A DNA stretch of 64,000 nt from NCBI GenBank assembly GCA_040219255.1, contig JAVJSW010000012.1, forward strand, positions 32,001 through 96,000, written 5' to 3'. This stretch comes from Sumerlaeia bacterium. Its GTDB lineage: Bacteria; Sumerlaeota; Sumerlaeia; SLMS01; JAHLLQ01. The notes beneath the pieces were generated by a model that saw nothing but the letters and a program-made list of their open reading frames with translations, searched no databases and was not told where the DNA came from. Shown piece after piece: positions 1-8,421 of the stretch. Made by a program: the position numbers and the translations under genes. Within the stretch, counting starts at the first letter, position 1. Every line of letters begins with the position of its first letter.

Positions 1-2
1 TG

Positions 3-392
3 CGGGGCGGTTTGCTGGAATTGGCGGAGCACGGCATCGGCGCCATCGTGAGCCTGACGGAGGACCGGCTGCCGGCCGGGGCCTTGCAGGAGGCGGGAAT
101 CCGCTATCTGCACCTGCCGATTCGCGATTTCACGCCGCCCTCGCAGGAGCAGATCGACCGCTTCGTGGAGTTCGTGGAGGCGGTGGAGGAGGCCAAGGCG
201 GGCGCCGTGGTGGTGCATTGCTTCGCGGGCCAGGGCCGGACGGGGACGATGCTGGCGGCTTGGCTGGTGTACAAGGGTGCGCGGGCGGCGGAGGCGGTGG
301 AGAAGGTGCGGGAACTGCGCCCGGGCAGCATCGAAACGGAGAAGCAGGTGGCCGCGGTGGCGGAGTACGAGAAAAGGCTGCGGGGTTTTTAG
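3..392 (+). CDS. Dual-specificity/protein-tyrosine phosphatase (CDKN3-like), probably 5'-truncated by the window edge
   Basis: HCFAGQGRTG = HCX5R active-site loop; 'IRDFTPP' acid loop; 'RPGSIET' motif; frame is open back to the window start. Confidence 0.85.
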   Translation, partial: RGGLLELAEHGIGAIVSLTEDRLPAGALQEAGIRYLHLPIRDFTPPSQEQIDRFVEFVEAVEEAKAGAVVVHCFAGQGRTGTMLAAWLVYKGARAAEAVEKVRELRPGSIETEKQVAAVAEYEKRLRGF

Positions 393-442
393 GATTCGAC
401 TTGCATTGCGGAGGTGGGGTCCTCCAAAGTCCCGGGCCTTTC

Positions 443-478
443 GCGCTGGGCGTGGCCATAGGCCAGTCTGCCCAGCGC
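443..478 (+). promoter_or_regulatory. Hairpin in the rpmG 5' leader
   Basis: GCGCTGGGC...GCCCAGCGC stem with inner TGGCC-ATA-GGCCA, just upstream of the AGGAG Shine-Dalgarno. Confidence 0.35.
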
Positions 479-503
479 CTGTATTCATCAGGAGTTTCGT
501 ACC

Positions 504-686
504 ATGGCCAAGAAAGGTAACCGCATCCAGGTTATTCTCGAGTGCACCGAACAGCGTGATTCCGGCGTGCCCGGCATGTCGCGCTATGTGACGACCAAGA
601 ACCGCAAGAACACCACGCAGCGCGTTGAGCTTCGTAAGTACAATAAGTTCATGAAGAAAGTCACTCTTCACAAAGAGATCAAGTAA
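504..686 (+). CDS. rpmG: 50S ribosomal protein L33 (zinc-independent C- form)
   Basis: [16 protein letters not shown]...[34 protein letters not shown]; no CxxC pairs; AGGAG RBS. Confidence 0.97.
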   Translation: MAKKGNRIQVILECTEQRDSGVPGMSRYVTTKNRKNTTQRVELRKYNKFMKKVTLHKEIK

Positions 687-713
687 GCAGCTCGCTCTCT
701 TGGGACTTCTTTC

Positions 714-1670
714 ATGACTTGCTTTACCCTTCGCCGCCACCGGGTCCTCCCGGTCGCGGCGTTTTTGCGCTTCCTGAGTCTGACTCTTTGCCTGGCGACG
801 CTGGCTGTAGCCTGCCGCGCCACGCAGCCCACGGAGCCCGATTCCCAGGCCAGCGAGGACGACGACGTCTCCTTTGTCGTCACCAGCAACGGAGCGCTTT
901 CCGACTGGGCACGCATTCTCCTGCGCGGCACGCCGCAACGGGTTTCGTTGCTGCAGGCGCGCGACATTCCCCCAGAGAAGGGGCCGACGCCGGTTCAGCT
1001 CGCGCTGCTCAAGAAAGCGCAGGCCATGGCGATCTGGCCGGACCCCTCGACGGACCGGCTGGAGGACGCCTGGCGTCAGGCCCGGCCGGACGAAACCCGG
1101 CTAATTCGCATCGAACCGCAGGCCGCCGCCGCCGGGGAAGGCTGGCTCGACCCGATCGCCGCCGCGAAGGGCGTTTCCACGCTGGCGGCGGAGTTGAGGA
1201 CTCTCTTTCCCGCCGACGCCCCCACCATCACCAAGAACGAGGCGGCTTACTTGCTGACGCTGTCGGGTCTGGACGCGCGCATCCGCACGCTTCTGCCGCC
1301 GGACATGCCTCCCCTGGTGATCGAGCACGCCTGCTGGCTGCCGTTCTTCGAGCGCTACGGCCTGGAAGTGAAGGCGTCGCTGGTGCCTTGCGGCAAGGCG
1401 GACCCGAACTTCGCCGAGGCCCGTTCCTTTTCCAGCGCGCTGGAAGAGATGGCGGACGGGCTCTATGTGGGCGACCGGCGCACGGCGCGCGGGGAGTCCG
1501 AACCGCTCAAGCTTCCGGTGGCGGCGTTCGATGCCTTGGAGTACACGGAAGCGGGCGACAACTCCTACCTGGCTGCGATGGAGCGCAATGCGCTGAACCT
1601 GGCGCTGGCGTCGCGGGTGGCGGTGTTGCAGCGGGCCGAGGGTGCGGACGAGGACTCGGCTTCGAACTGA
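714..1670 (+). CDS. ZnuA/TroA-family metal ABC substrate-binding-like lipoprotein (degenerate ligands)
   Basis: Lipobox-like LAVAC; 'PTP..LALLKKA', 'WLDP', 'H..W..F..RYGL' and 'SYLAAMERN' blocks typical of cluster A-I binding proteins. Confidence 0.7.
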   Translation: MTCFTLRRHRVLPVAAFLRFLSLTLCLATLAVACRATQPTEPDSQASEDDDVSFVVTSNGALSDWARILLRGTPQRVSLLQARDIPPEKGPTPVQLALLKKAQAMAIWPDPSTDRLEDAWRQARPDETRLIRIEPQAAAAGEGWLDPIAAAKGVSTLAAELRTLFPADAPTITKNEAAYLLTLSGLDARIRTLLPPDMPPLVIEHACWLPFFERYGLEVKASLVPCGKADPNFAEARSFSSALEEMADGLYVGDRRTARGESEPLKLPVAAFDALEYTEAGDNSYLAAMERNALNLALASRVAVLQRAEGADEDSASN

Positions 1671-1747
1671 GGCTGAGTGGATCTTCTCATAGAGAAACCT
1701 GATGCGACGGATCCGCTTCGCCCGGAGGCGGGGGTGGGGCCTTGGCC

Positions 1748-4441
1748 TTATCCCAGTTCGTCGCCGGGGCCGCCTTCTTTGGCGGCTTGCGGATCGAGGA
1801 GAGCCAGCACCGCCGGCAAGATCGCCAGCGCCGCGATGAGGGTATAGACCACACCCAGAATCGACAGCACGCCCAATTCCCGGATTCCACGGAAGTCGGC
1901 AAAAACCAGCGATCCGAAACCGAAAATCGTGGTCAGGCTGGTAATCACCACGGCGCGGCCGGTGCGTTGCACGGTGGCTTTCAGGTCGCGTTCGCCCTCT
2001 TCATAGAAGCGCTGGAGCATGTGGATGCCCGAGTCCACTCCGATCCCGACGATCATGGGCAGCGCGATGATGTTGAGGTAATGCAGCTTCATGCCCGCCA
2101 AGTGCATCGTCCCCAGCGTGCAGAGCAGCGCGATGAGCACCGGCAGCATGGCGATGATCGCCCGGTCGAGACGGCGGAAGGCCCAAGTCAACACGATCAG
2201 AATCACGATGAGCACCACCAGAACGGTAAGCGCCAGGTCTTTCATCACGAGGTCCCGGAGTTCTTCCTGGATGACGGCCGTGCCGACGATTTCCGGTGGA
2301 TTGGCGAGGCCTTCGGCGAGCCGCTCCTTGAATTCGTCCGGCACGCTGGACACCCAGACGTCCTGCGGGGGATAGATTTGCGTCACGGTGCGCCACAAAC
2401 CCTTCTCGGTCTTGAACATATAGCTTTGGACGACGTCGATGAGGGCTTGGTTGTCGGTTTCGCTGAGGCTTTCGAGGCTGATGGGCGCGCCGGGCGATTG
2501 AAGGCCGCGGATGGAGGTGGCCTGAAAGTCCTCGAGCCGGCCGAGGAAGCGGTCGAAGATTTTCGGCGCGAGACGGTTTTCCACGGCCAGTTCCGCCAGG
2601 CGCTCCTCGAAGGCTACCAGGTCTAGATTGGCCATGCGCTGGAGGCTGGCTCGCTGGGTTTTCTGCGACGGGTAGAAAAATCGCAGGCTGTCCTTGGCGA
2701 TGAGGGGCTGACCGCCATAGCGCTCGTACTCGTAAATGTTACGGAAGAGGCGGTCGTTGGCTTCCAGGACCTCCTGCTCGGTTTCCGCTTCCACAATGGC
2801 GAGGACCTGGTTGCTGGGGACTTCGAAGGAGCTGACGAGACGTTCGCGCAGGTCGAGGTATTCCTTGCTCGGTTCGCGAAGCAGGCGGAAGTCGTCCTCG
2901 AAGCCGACCAGCCGGGCATGATAACCCAAGAAAACACAGATGATCAGCCCAGCCACGATGGTGGCTCGGGGATAGGCAATGGCCAGAAAGTGAAAGCGCC
3001 GCAAACCGAAGGTGGCCATGGGACGCTGGGTGAAGGCTCCCACCGGTCCGCGCCCGAAAATCGACAGCATGGGAGGCAGCACCAGAATGACCGCCAGAAG
3101 GCAGAAGACCGTGCCCATGCCGACCACCAGACCCAGCTCCTGGAATCCGACGAAGCGGGTCAGGCGCATGCCGAAGAACGCGAAGGTCGTGGTCAGGGCT
3201 CCGTAGAAGAGGCCGGGTCCGGTGGCGATGACGGCCCGCCGCAATGCGTCGTTGTTCTCGCGGCCGTTGCGGATTTCCTCCAGATAGCGATTGTAGATGT
3301 GGACCGAGAAGTCGATGCCCAATCCGATCAGGATGGCGGCGAAGGCCATGGTGACCTGGGTCAGGCGCCCCGGATAGAGGCTGACGGCGCCGAGAGTCCA
3401 GCAAACGCCGAGGGCCAACGGCATGCCAACGAAGACGAGGGCTTCGGGCCGGCGGAAGGCGAAGAAGAAGAGAGCGAGCACCGCGATGAAGGAGGCGATG
3501 GAGGTCTTGTAGAGATCCGAGCGGACGATGCGGGAGTCGACGATGGCTTCGTAGTGGGGGCCGTAGAAGCGGATGTTGAAGTATCGGCCTTCGGGGCGGT
3601 CGGGGAAGGACCACTGGGGATTGCGGAGGAAAACGCCGGCGCGGGTTTCCTCGAGGAAGTCCTGAAACTCGCGGGCAAAGGCCAGGTCGGTTGCGGGGGC
3701 TACAGGCCAGAGGAGGAGCAGAAGCGTCTTGCCATCGGCGGACATGAAGTAGTTGTCGCGCAGATTGACCTTGAGGGGGCCGCTCTTGATTTCGAGGCGC
3801 TCAATGAGGACCTGGTGGAAATTGAGCGGGTCGCGCAGGAGCTTGTCGCGCTGGTAGCGCGGGATCGGAGCGTTGAGCAGGCCGCTCAGGCGCCGGATGT
3901 CCTGCTGCAGGCTGTAGGTGGTCAGTTTGTCTTCAAGCCTTTGCCAGTCCGCTTCCGTCAGAAGGGCCACGGCGCGGGCATCGCCTTCCGGCGTGCCGAT
4001 TTCCAGGGACTCGGGTTCGAGCGTGTAGGTGACGTCGCGGATGAAGCGGCGGTCGCTCAGCGCGTAGGCCAGTTCCTCCGCCGCGTCCTTGAGCATCGCC
4101 TCCTTGCCCTCCTCGTCGGTGGCGATGACAGCGAGCATGAAATCGAAAGAGCCGAAGTCCTGGAGAACGGTGCGGGCGCGGCGGGAAACTTCAGACTCCT
4201 CGGGCAGGAGAGCCGCCACGTCCATTTCGATGTCGAGGTATTCGCGGATGGCCAGGATGGCCCCGGCGGTCATGACAGCGCCCAGGAGGAAGCAAAGAAA
4301 GGGGTGGACCGAGACGAAGCGCGCGAGGGTGCGGACCGTGATGCGGTCGGCGCGGGGCGAACCGGTGCCATGCTCGCCCGATTCCCAGCGGGCGAAGAAA
4401 TCGTCGTCTTCCGGCGGCGTGTTCTTCTGATCCGGCCTCAC
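1748..4441 (-). CDS. MMPL/RND-family membrane transporter (HpnN-like lipid exporter)
   Basis: Two TM repeats with GLGIDFSVH and GIGVDSGIH motifs; likely GTG start at 4441 overlapping the upstream TGA (GTGA). Confidence 0.88.
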   Translation of the reverse strand: MRPDQKNTPPEDDDFFARWESGEHGTGSPRADRITVRTLARFVSVHPFLCFLLGAVMTAGAILAIREYLDIEMDVAALLPEESEVSRRARTVLQDFGSFDFMLAVIATDEEGKEAMLKDAAEELAYALSDRRFIRDVTYTLEPESLEIGTPEGDARAVALLTEADWQRLEDKLTTYSLQQDIRRLSGLLNAPIPRYQRDKLLRDPLNFHQVLIERLEIKSGPLKVNLRDNYFMSADGKTLLLLLWPVAPATDLAFAREFQDFLEETRAGVFLRNPQWSFPDRPEGRYFNIRFYGPHYEAIVDSRIVRSDLYKTSIASFIAVLALFFFAFRRPEALVFVGMPLALGVCWTLGAVSLYPGRLTQVTMAFAAILIGLGIDFSVHIYNRYLEEIRNGRENNDALRRAVIATGPGLFYGALTTTFAFFGMRLTRFVGFQELGLVVGMGTVFCLLAVILVLPPMLSIFGRGPVGAFTQRPMATFGLRRFHFLAIAYPRATIVAGLIICVFLGYHARLVGFEDDFRLLREPSKEYLDLRERLVSSFEVPSNQVLAIVEAETEQEVLEANDRLFRNIYEYERYGGQPLIAKDSLRFFYPSQKTQRASLQRMANLDLVAFEERLAELAVENRLAPKIFDRFLGRLEDFQATSIRGLQSPGAPISLESLSETDNQALIDVVQSYMFKTEKGLWRTVTQIYPPQDVWVSSVPDEFKERLAEGLANPPEIVGTAVIQEELRDLVMKDLALTVLVVLIVILIVLTWAFRRLDRAIIAMLPVLIALLCTLGTMHLAGMKLHYLNIIALPMIVGIGVDSGIHMLQRFYEEGERDLKATVQRTGRAVVITSLTTIFGFGSLVFADFRGIRELGVLSILGVVYTLIAALAILPAVLALLDPQAAKEGGPGDELG

Positions 4442-5379
4442 GGAGCCGCGGGCGCCCCCTCGTCGGTGTAATTCGCATCGGGTTCGAGGGCCTGGCGATT
4501 GGCCAGTTCCTCCAGCGGATAAATCGCCTCCGCTTTCCCGTCGGGGCACTGGAACACCGCGTCCACCAGGGGCGGGTCCATGCGGTACTTGCTCAATTTC
4601 ACGCTGACCTTGGCGGCGCTCTGCGGCAACAGCACGGTCAGCTCCATGGGCATCAGTTCGCCGGCGTCGATGAATTCGTAGTCCTCGTACTCAACGACTA
4701 GGTCCGGGACGCCGTTGGGCTGTTGGATGGCGACGCTGGTGACGGCGGCGTCTTCACGGCGGATGGTCCAGGACATGACGCGCTCGCTGCCGGGGATTTC
4801 CTGGCTCAGGAGCATCGTTTCCTCGTTCACGCCGAACATCCATTCGCTGCGGACTTCGAGGCGGCGCTTGAGGTCGTGGTTGATGAGGAGGGCACTGAGC
4901 ATCTGGCGCGGCGTCAGGAGGCCCGTGACGCCGCCGAGTTCCTGCAATTCCTGCAGGGTGCCGACGAAGAGTTCCTTCTCGCGATTGAGGTACACGCAGG
5001 CCGAGTCCTGGAGCGTCAGTACTTCGAAGATGGTGCCAACGGGAACGCGGGAGCCGCGCAGACGGATGTCGTCCGGGGTGCGATGGAGCAGATTGGCGTC
5101 GAACCAGATTTTGCCGTCCATGCCCTCCTGCTCCATCACGATGCGGCCGACGGCCTGCATGGTCTGGTGCGAGCGGGTGCGCTGATCGAGGACGGCTTTC
5201 AATTCATCGAGGGTGCCTTCCGCCAGCAGGTAGTCGGGCCGGGGGGGCAGGACGCTGTCGGGGCCGGTCTCGGCGGGCTTCTTGCGGCCGAAAACCCCAC
5301 AGCCAGCCGTCAGCGCGAGCATGGCGACGAGTGCGAGGAATGGGAAGAAGCGGGAGCGGAAGGGCAACAGGGACGGCAT
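4438..5379 (-). CDS. Lipoprotein of LolA/LolB-like fold (DUF4292-like)
   Basis: Signal peptide with lipobox LTAGC; beta-rich body ending '...P.L.DAVF..P'; stop overlaps the MMPL start; ATG at 5379 chosen. Confidence 0.6.
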   Translation of the reverse strand: MPSLLPFRSRFFPFLALVAMLALTAGCGVFGRKKPAETGPDSVLPPRPDYLLAEGTLDELKAVLDQRTRSHQTMQAVGRIVMEQEGMDGKIWFDANLLHRTPDDIRLRGSRVPVGTIFEVLTLQDSACVYLNREKELFVGTLQELQELGGVTGLLTPRQMLSALLINHDLKRRLEVRSEWMFGVNEETMLLSQEIPGSERVMSWTIRREDAAVTSVAIQQPNGVPDLVVEYEDYEFIDAGELMPMELTVLLPQSAAKVSVKLSKYRMDPPLVDAVFQCPDGKAEAIYPLEELANRQALEPDANYTDEGAPAAP

Positions 5380-5496
5380 GCAAGAGAGACAGCCCCGGAG
5401 AGTCGGGGCACGGAGAATTGAGCGAGCCTGAGGCGGCGGGGCTCTTGGTGTCAATGGACGCCGCAGACCCGCCGAGAGTTTGGCCTGCAGCGAGAA

Positions 5497-8421
5497 TCAG
5501 GGTTCGCTCTTGGCCGTCAGCAACGCCACCGGCAGGTGTTCGAGCAGGAGGCCGGCCTCGGCCGTGGGTCCGGCGAGGGTGCGTTCCGAGCCGAGCAGCG
5601 CATCGGTCCAGAGCGTGGGGGCGCCCTCTGGCAGGGCGACTTCCGTGTCCGCCCAGATTTCCGGCCCGAGCGGCAACTGATCGGTGTGGACGACGCGTGT
5701 GAGGAGCCGGGGGGCGACCGCGATGGCCCACTCCGAGCCGGAGCGGCGGGCGAAGGCGACGACGCTCTTGGCGAAGCGGCCCTTGACCTCCAGCGGAATG
5801 TAGGCGCCTTCGCGAAAGAGCGAAGGCGAAGCCTTGCGCGCAAGCAGCCCGCGATGCGTCAGGAACATCTTGATGCGCCCGTCGATGCGGCTGTCGAGCA
5901 GTTCGGCGGCCAAGCCGGTGGGGCTTTCCTTCATGCGCCACTCGATGAAATCGAGGGTGTCTTTGCGGTGCTGGAAATTGACGGGCCGGCGATTGTCCGG
6001 GTCCACGAGGCTGAGGTCCCACATTTCGCAGCCCTGATAGAAGTCGGGCACGCCGGGCGAGGCGAGTTTGAGGAGCACTTGGCTCAGCGAATTGAAGAGG
6101 CCGTAGTGTTCGACCTTGGCGAGAAGGCGGCGGAACTCGGGAAGGAACTCGTTGTCCTCTCCGTCGCGCAGGATGGCCTGCACAAAGCGGTCATACTCGC
6201 GTTCGTACTCGTCGTCGGGCTTGATCCAGGCGGTGTGGATTTTGGCTTCGCGGACGGCCTTCTGGGCGTATTCGCGGATACGCTGGACAAAGGTGTCGTC
6301 GATTCTGCCGCCAAAAGGGGCGCAACCGAGTATGGTCTGATAGAGGAAGTACTCGTCGTTGCTGTCAGGGATGTCGCGGGTGAGGCTCGGGTCGCGGAGC
6401 GCATCGTTGATTTCGCGGAACGTATCGAGGTACCCCTGCCAGTCGTCGGGAATTTCCGAGAGCACGCTGATGCGGGCGCGGACGTCCTCGCCGCGCTTCG
6501 TGTCGTGCGTCGAAGTGGTCGTCATTTCGTGCGGCCAGGTTTCCGCACGGCGCTGATTGAAGGCATGGAAGGCGGGAGCGGACATCCCGAAATGACTCGG
6601 ATCGCCGCCGACTTCATTGAGCGAAATGAGCCGGTTGTAAATGTAGAACACCGTGTCCTCGACGCCCTTGGCCATCAGGGGCCCGGTGAACTGCTGGAGC
6701 TTCATGGTGAAGTGGGCGATCTGCTTGCGCTCGTCCTCGGACAACTGTTCCTCGCCCTCGCGCAGGACGAGGCGCTGGATGAAGTCCAGCTCTTTGCTGC
6801 GTTCCGGCAGCGTTTCCTTGCAGCGGTCGATCACGCTGCGGAACAGAACGACGTCCGGGCCGCTGAGGTGATGGGCGTTGAAGTAGGTGCGGTAAACGGG
6901 GAAGAGGGCGAGAATCTCGACCATGGACCGCCGCAGCGAGTACAGCGTCAGATCGTTGCCATAGCGGAATCGCCCGGCGACGCGCTTGAGGATGTGGGCC
7001 AGGTTGTCGATGTCGCCGGCCATGTGCTGGCCGATGATGAGGCGCTTTTTCTGAAGCACCAGTTCGTCGTAGGGACGCGTGAAATCGGTGAAGGCGACGT
7101 AGGCGCGGGTGAAGTCCTCGGCCTTCGAATCGTCCACCAGGACTCCCGCCACGGCGTTCAGGAAGCCGTAGCCGGTGGTGCCCTGAATGGGCCACTCGTT
7201 GGGCAGGTCCTCGTGGCCTTCGAGGATTTTCTCGACCACGATATAGGATTTCGGCGCCGCGTCGCGCAGCCGCCGCAGGTACGATGTCGGGTCGTAAAGC
7301 CCGTCGATGTGATCGAGCCGGATGCCGGAGAAGCGCCCCTCCTTGAGCAACCGCAGCGTCAACCGGTGCGTCGAACGGAAGACTTTTGGGTCCTCCATCC
7401 TCAGCGAAATCAGATCGTTGACGGTGAAGAAGCGGCGGTAGTTGAGTTCTTCGGTCCCGGCGCGCCAGTACGACAGGCGGAAAAACTGCTGGTCCAGCAG
7501 GTGGTCCAGATCGTTGAAGCTTTCGCGGTCGCCGGGCTTGCCGTTGTAGGATTCGACCGCTTCGTCGATCGCGTCGCGGATGGTGGGGTCGTTGCTGTAG
7601 AGCTCCCACAACATGGCCTTGATAAAGGCGATCAGGGCGCGGCGCTCGCTGGTGTGCTGCTCCTCGGGCAGATTGCGGATAAAGGCGATAATGCCGAGGA
7701 ACTTGACGAAGTCGGGATGTTTCGAACCCAGCGTCTGGCGCAGTTTGGGCAGTTTGCGCGAGAGCACGTCCGGGTAGGACTCGATCTTGAGCGGATAGCG
7801 ATGATCGTAGTAGGAGACGAAGAGGCCGCCCATGTTGTAGTTCAGCTTGATCTCGCCGTTTTCCAGGATATCGCCGTAGAACGAGCCGAGGAAGGGTGCG
7901 AGGAGCTTGCCCCGGATGCTCTCGTAGGGGTGGTCCCATTCGATGTCGAAGAACTGATAATAGGGCGATTCGGGGCCGTTCTCCAGAATGTCCATGAGGT
8001 AGGAATTCTGGGCATCGAAGGCCATGTGGTTGGGGACGAAGTCCTGGATCCAGCCGAGGCCGAGATCGCGGAGCTTGTCGCTGAGGACGAAGAAATCGTC
8101 TTCGCCGCCCAGTTCGCTGTTGATCGTGTTCGGATCCACCACGTCGTAGCCGTGATTGCTGCCGCGGCGGGCCTGGAAAATGGGCGAAGCGTAGAGATCC
8201 GAGACGCCGAGGCGGGCCATGTAGTCGGCGATTTCGAGCCCGGCCTTGAAGGGGAACCCGGCGTGGAACTGCACGCGATAGGTGGCGGTGGGCAGATGGA
8301 CCGGGCGTCTGCGCGAAGCCGCGCCGGGATGGCCGGCGGGCGACTGGTGGGGCCGGGAACGGCTGCCGGTATCGGTGATGATTTCATCGTCCGCGGTGGA
8401 GGGGGCGGGTACGTCCATCAT
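5497..8421 (-). CDS. treY: Malto-oligosyltrehalose synthase (GH13)
   Basis: PTATYRVQF, HGYDVVD, DFVPNHMA, NYRRFF, RLDHIDGL, TSTHDTKRGEDVRAR, LVDPDNRRPV; ATGA overlap with the upstream stop. Confidence 0.96.
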   Translation of the reverse strand: MMDVPAPSTADDEIITDTGSRSRPHQSPAGHPGAASRRRPVHLPTATYRVQFHAGFPFKAGLEIADYMARLGVSDLYASPIFQARRGSNHGYDVVDPNTINSELGGEDDFFVLSDKLRDLGLGWIQDFVPNHMAFDAQNSYLMDILENGPESPYYQFFDIEWDHPYESIRGKLLAPFLGSFYGDILENGEIKLNYNMGGLFVSYYDHRYPLKIESYPDVLSRKLPKLRQTLGSKHPDFVKFLGIIAFIRNLPEEQHTSERRALIAFIKAMLWELYSNDPTIRDAIDEAVESYNGKPGDRESFNDLDHLLDQQFFRLSYWRAGTEELNYRRFFTVNDLISLRMEDPKVFRSTHRLTLRLLKEGRFSGIRLDHIDGLYDPTSYLRRLRDAAPKSYIVVEKILEGHEDLPNEWPIQGTTGYGFLNAVAGVLVDDSKAEDFTRAYVAFTDFTRPYDELVLQKKRLIIGQHMAGDIDNLAHILKRVAGRFRYGNDLTLYSLRRSMVEILALFPVYRTYFNAHHLSGPDVVLFRSVIDRCKETLPERSKELDFIQRLVLREGEEQLSEDERKQIAHFTMKLQQFTGPLMAKGVEDTVFYIYNRLISLNEVGGDPSHFGMSAPAFHAFNQRRAETWPHEMTTTSTHDTKRGEDVRARISVLSEIPDDWQGYLDTFREINDALRDPSLTRDIPDSNDEYFLYQTILGCAPFGGRIDDTFVQRIREYAQKAVREAKIHTAWIKPDDEYEREYDRFVQAILRDGEDNEFLPEFRRLLAKVEHYGLFNSLSQVLLKLASPGVPDFYQGCEMWDLSLVDPDNRRPVNFQHRKDTLDFIEWRMKESPTGLAAELLDSRIDGRIKMFLTHRGLLARKASPSLFREGAYIPLEVKGRFAKSVVAFARRSGSEWAIAVAPRLLTRVVHTDQLPLGPEIWADTEVALPEGAPTLWTDALLGSERTLAGPTAEAGLLLEHLPVALLTAKSEP

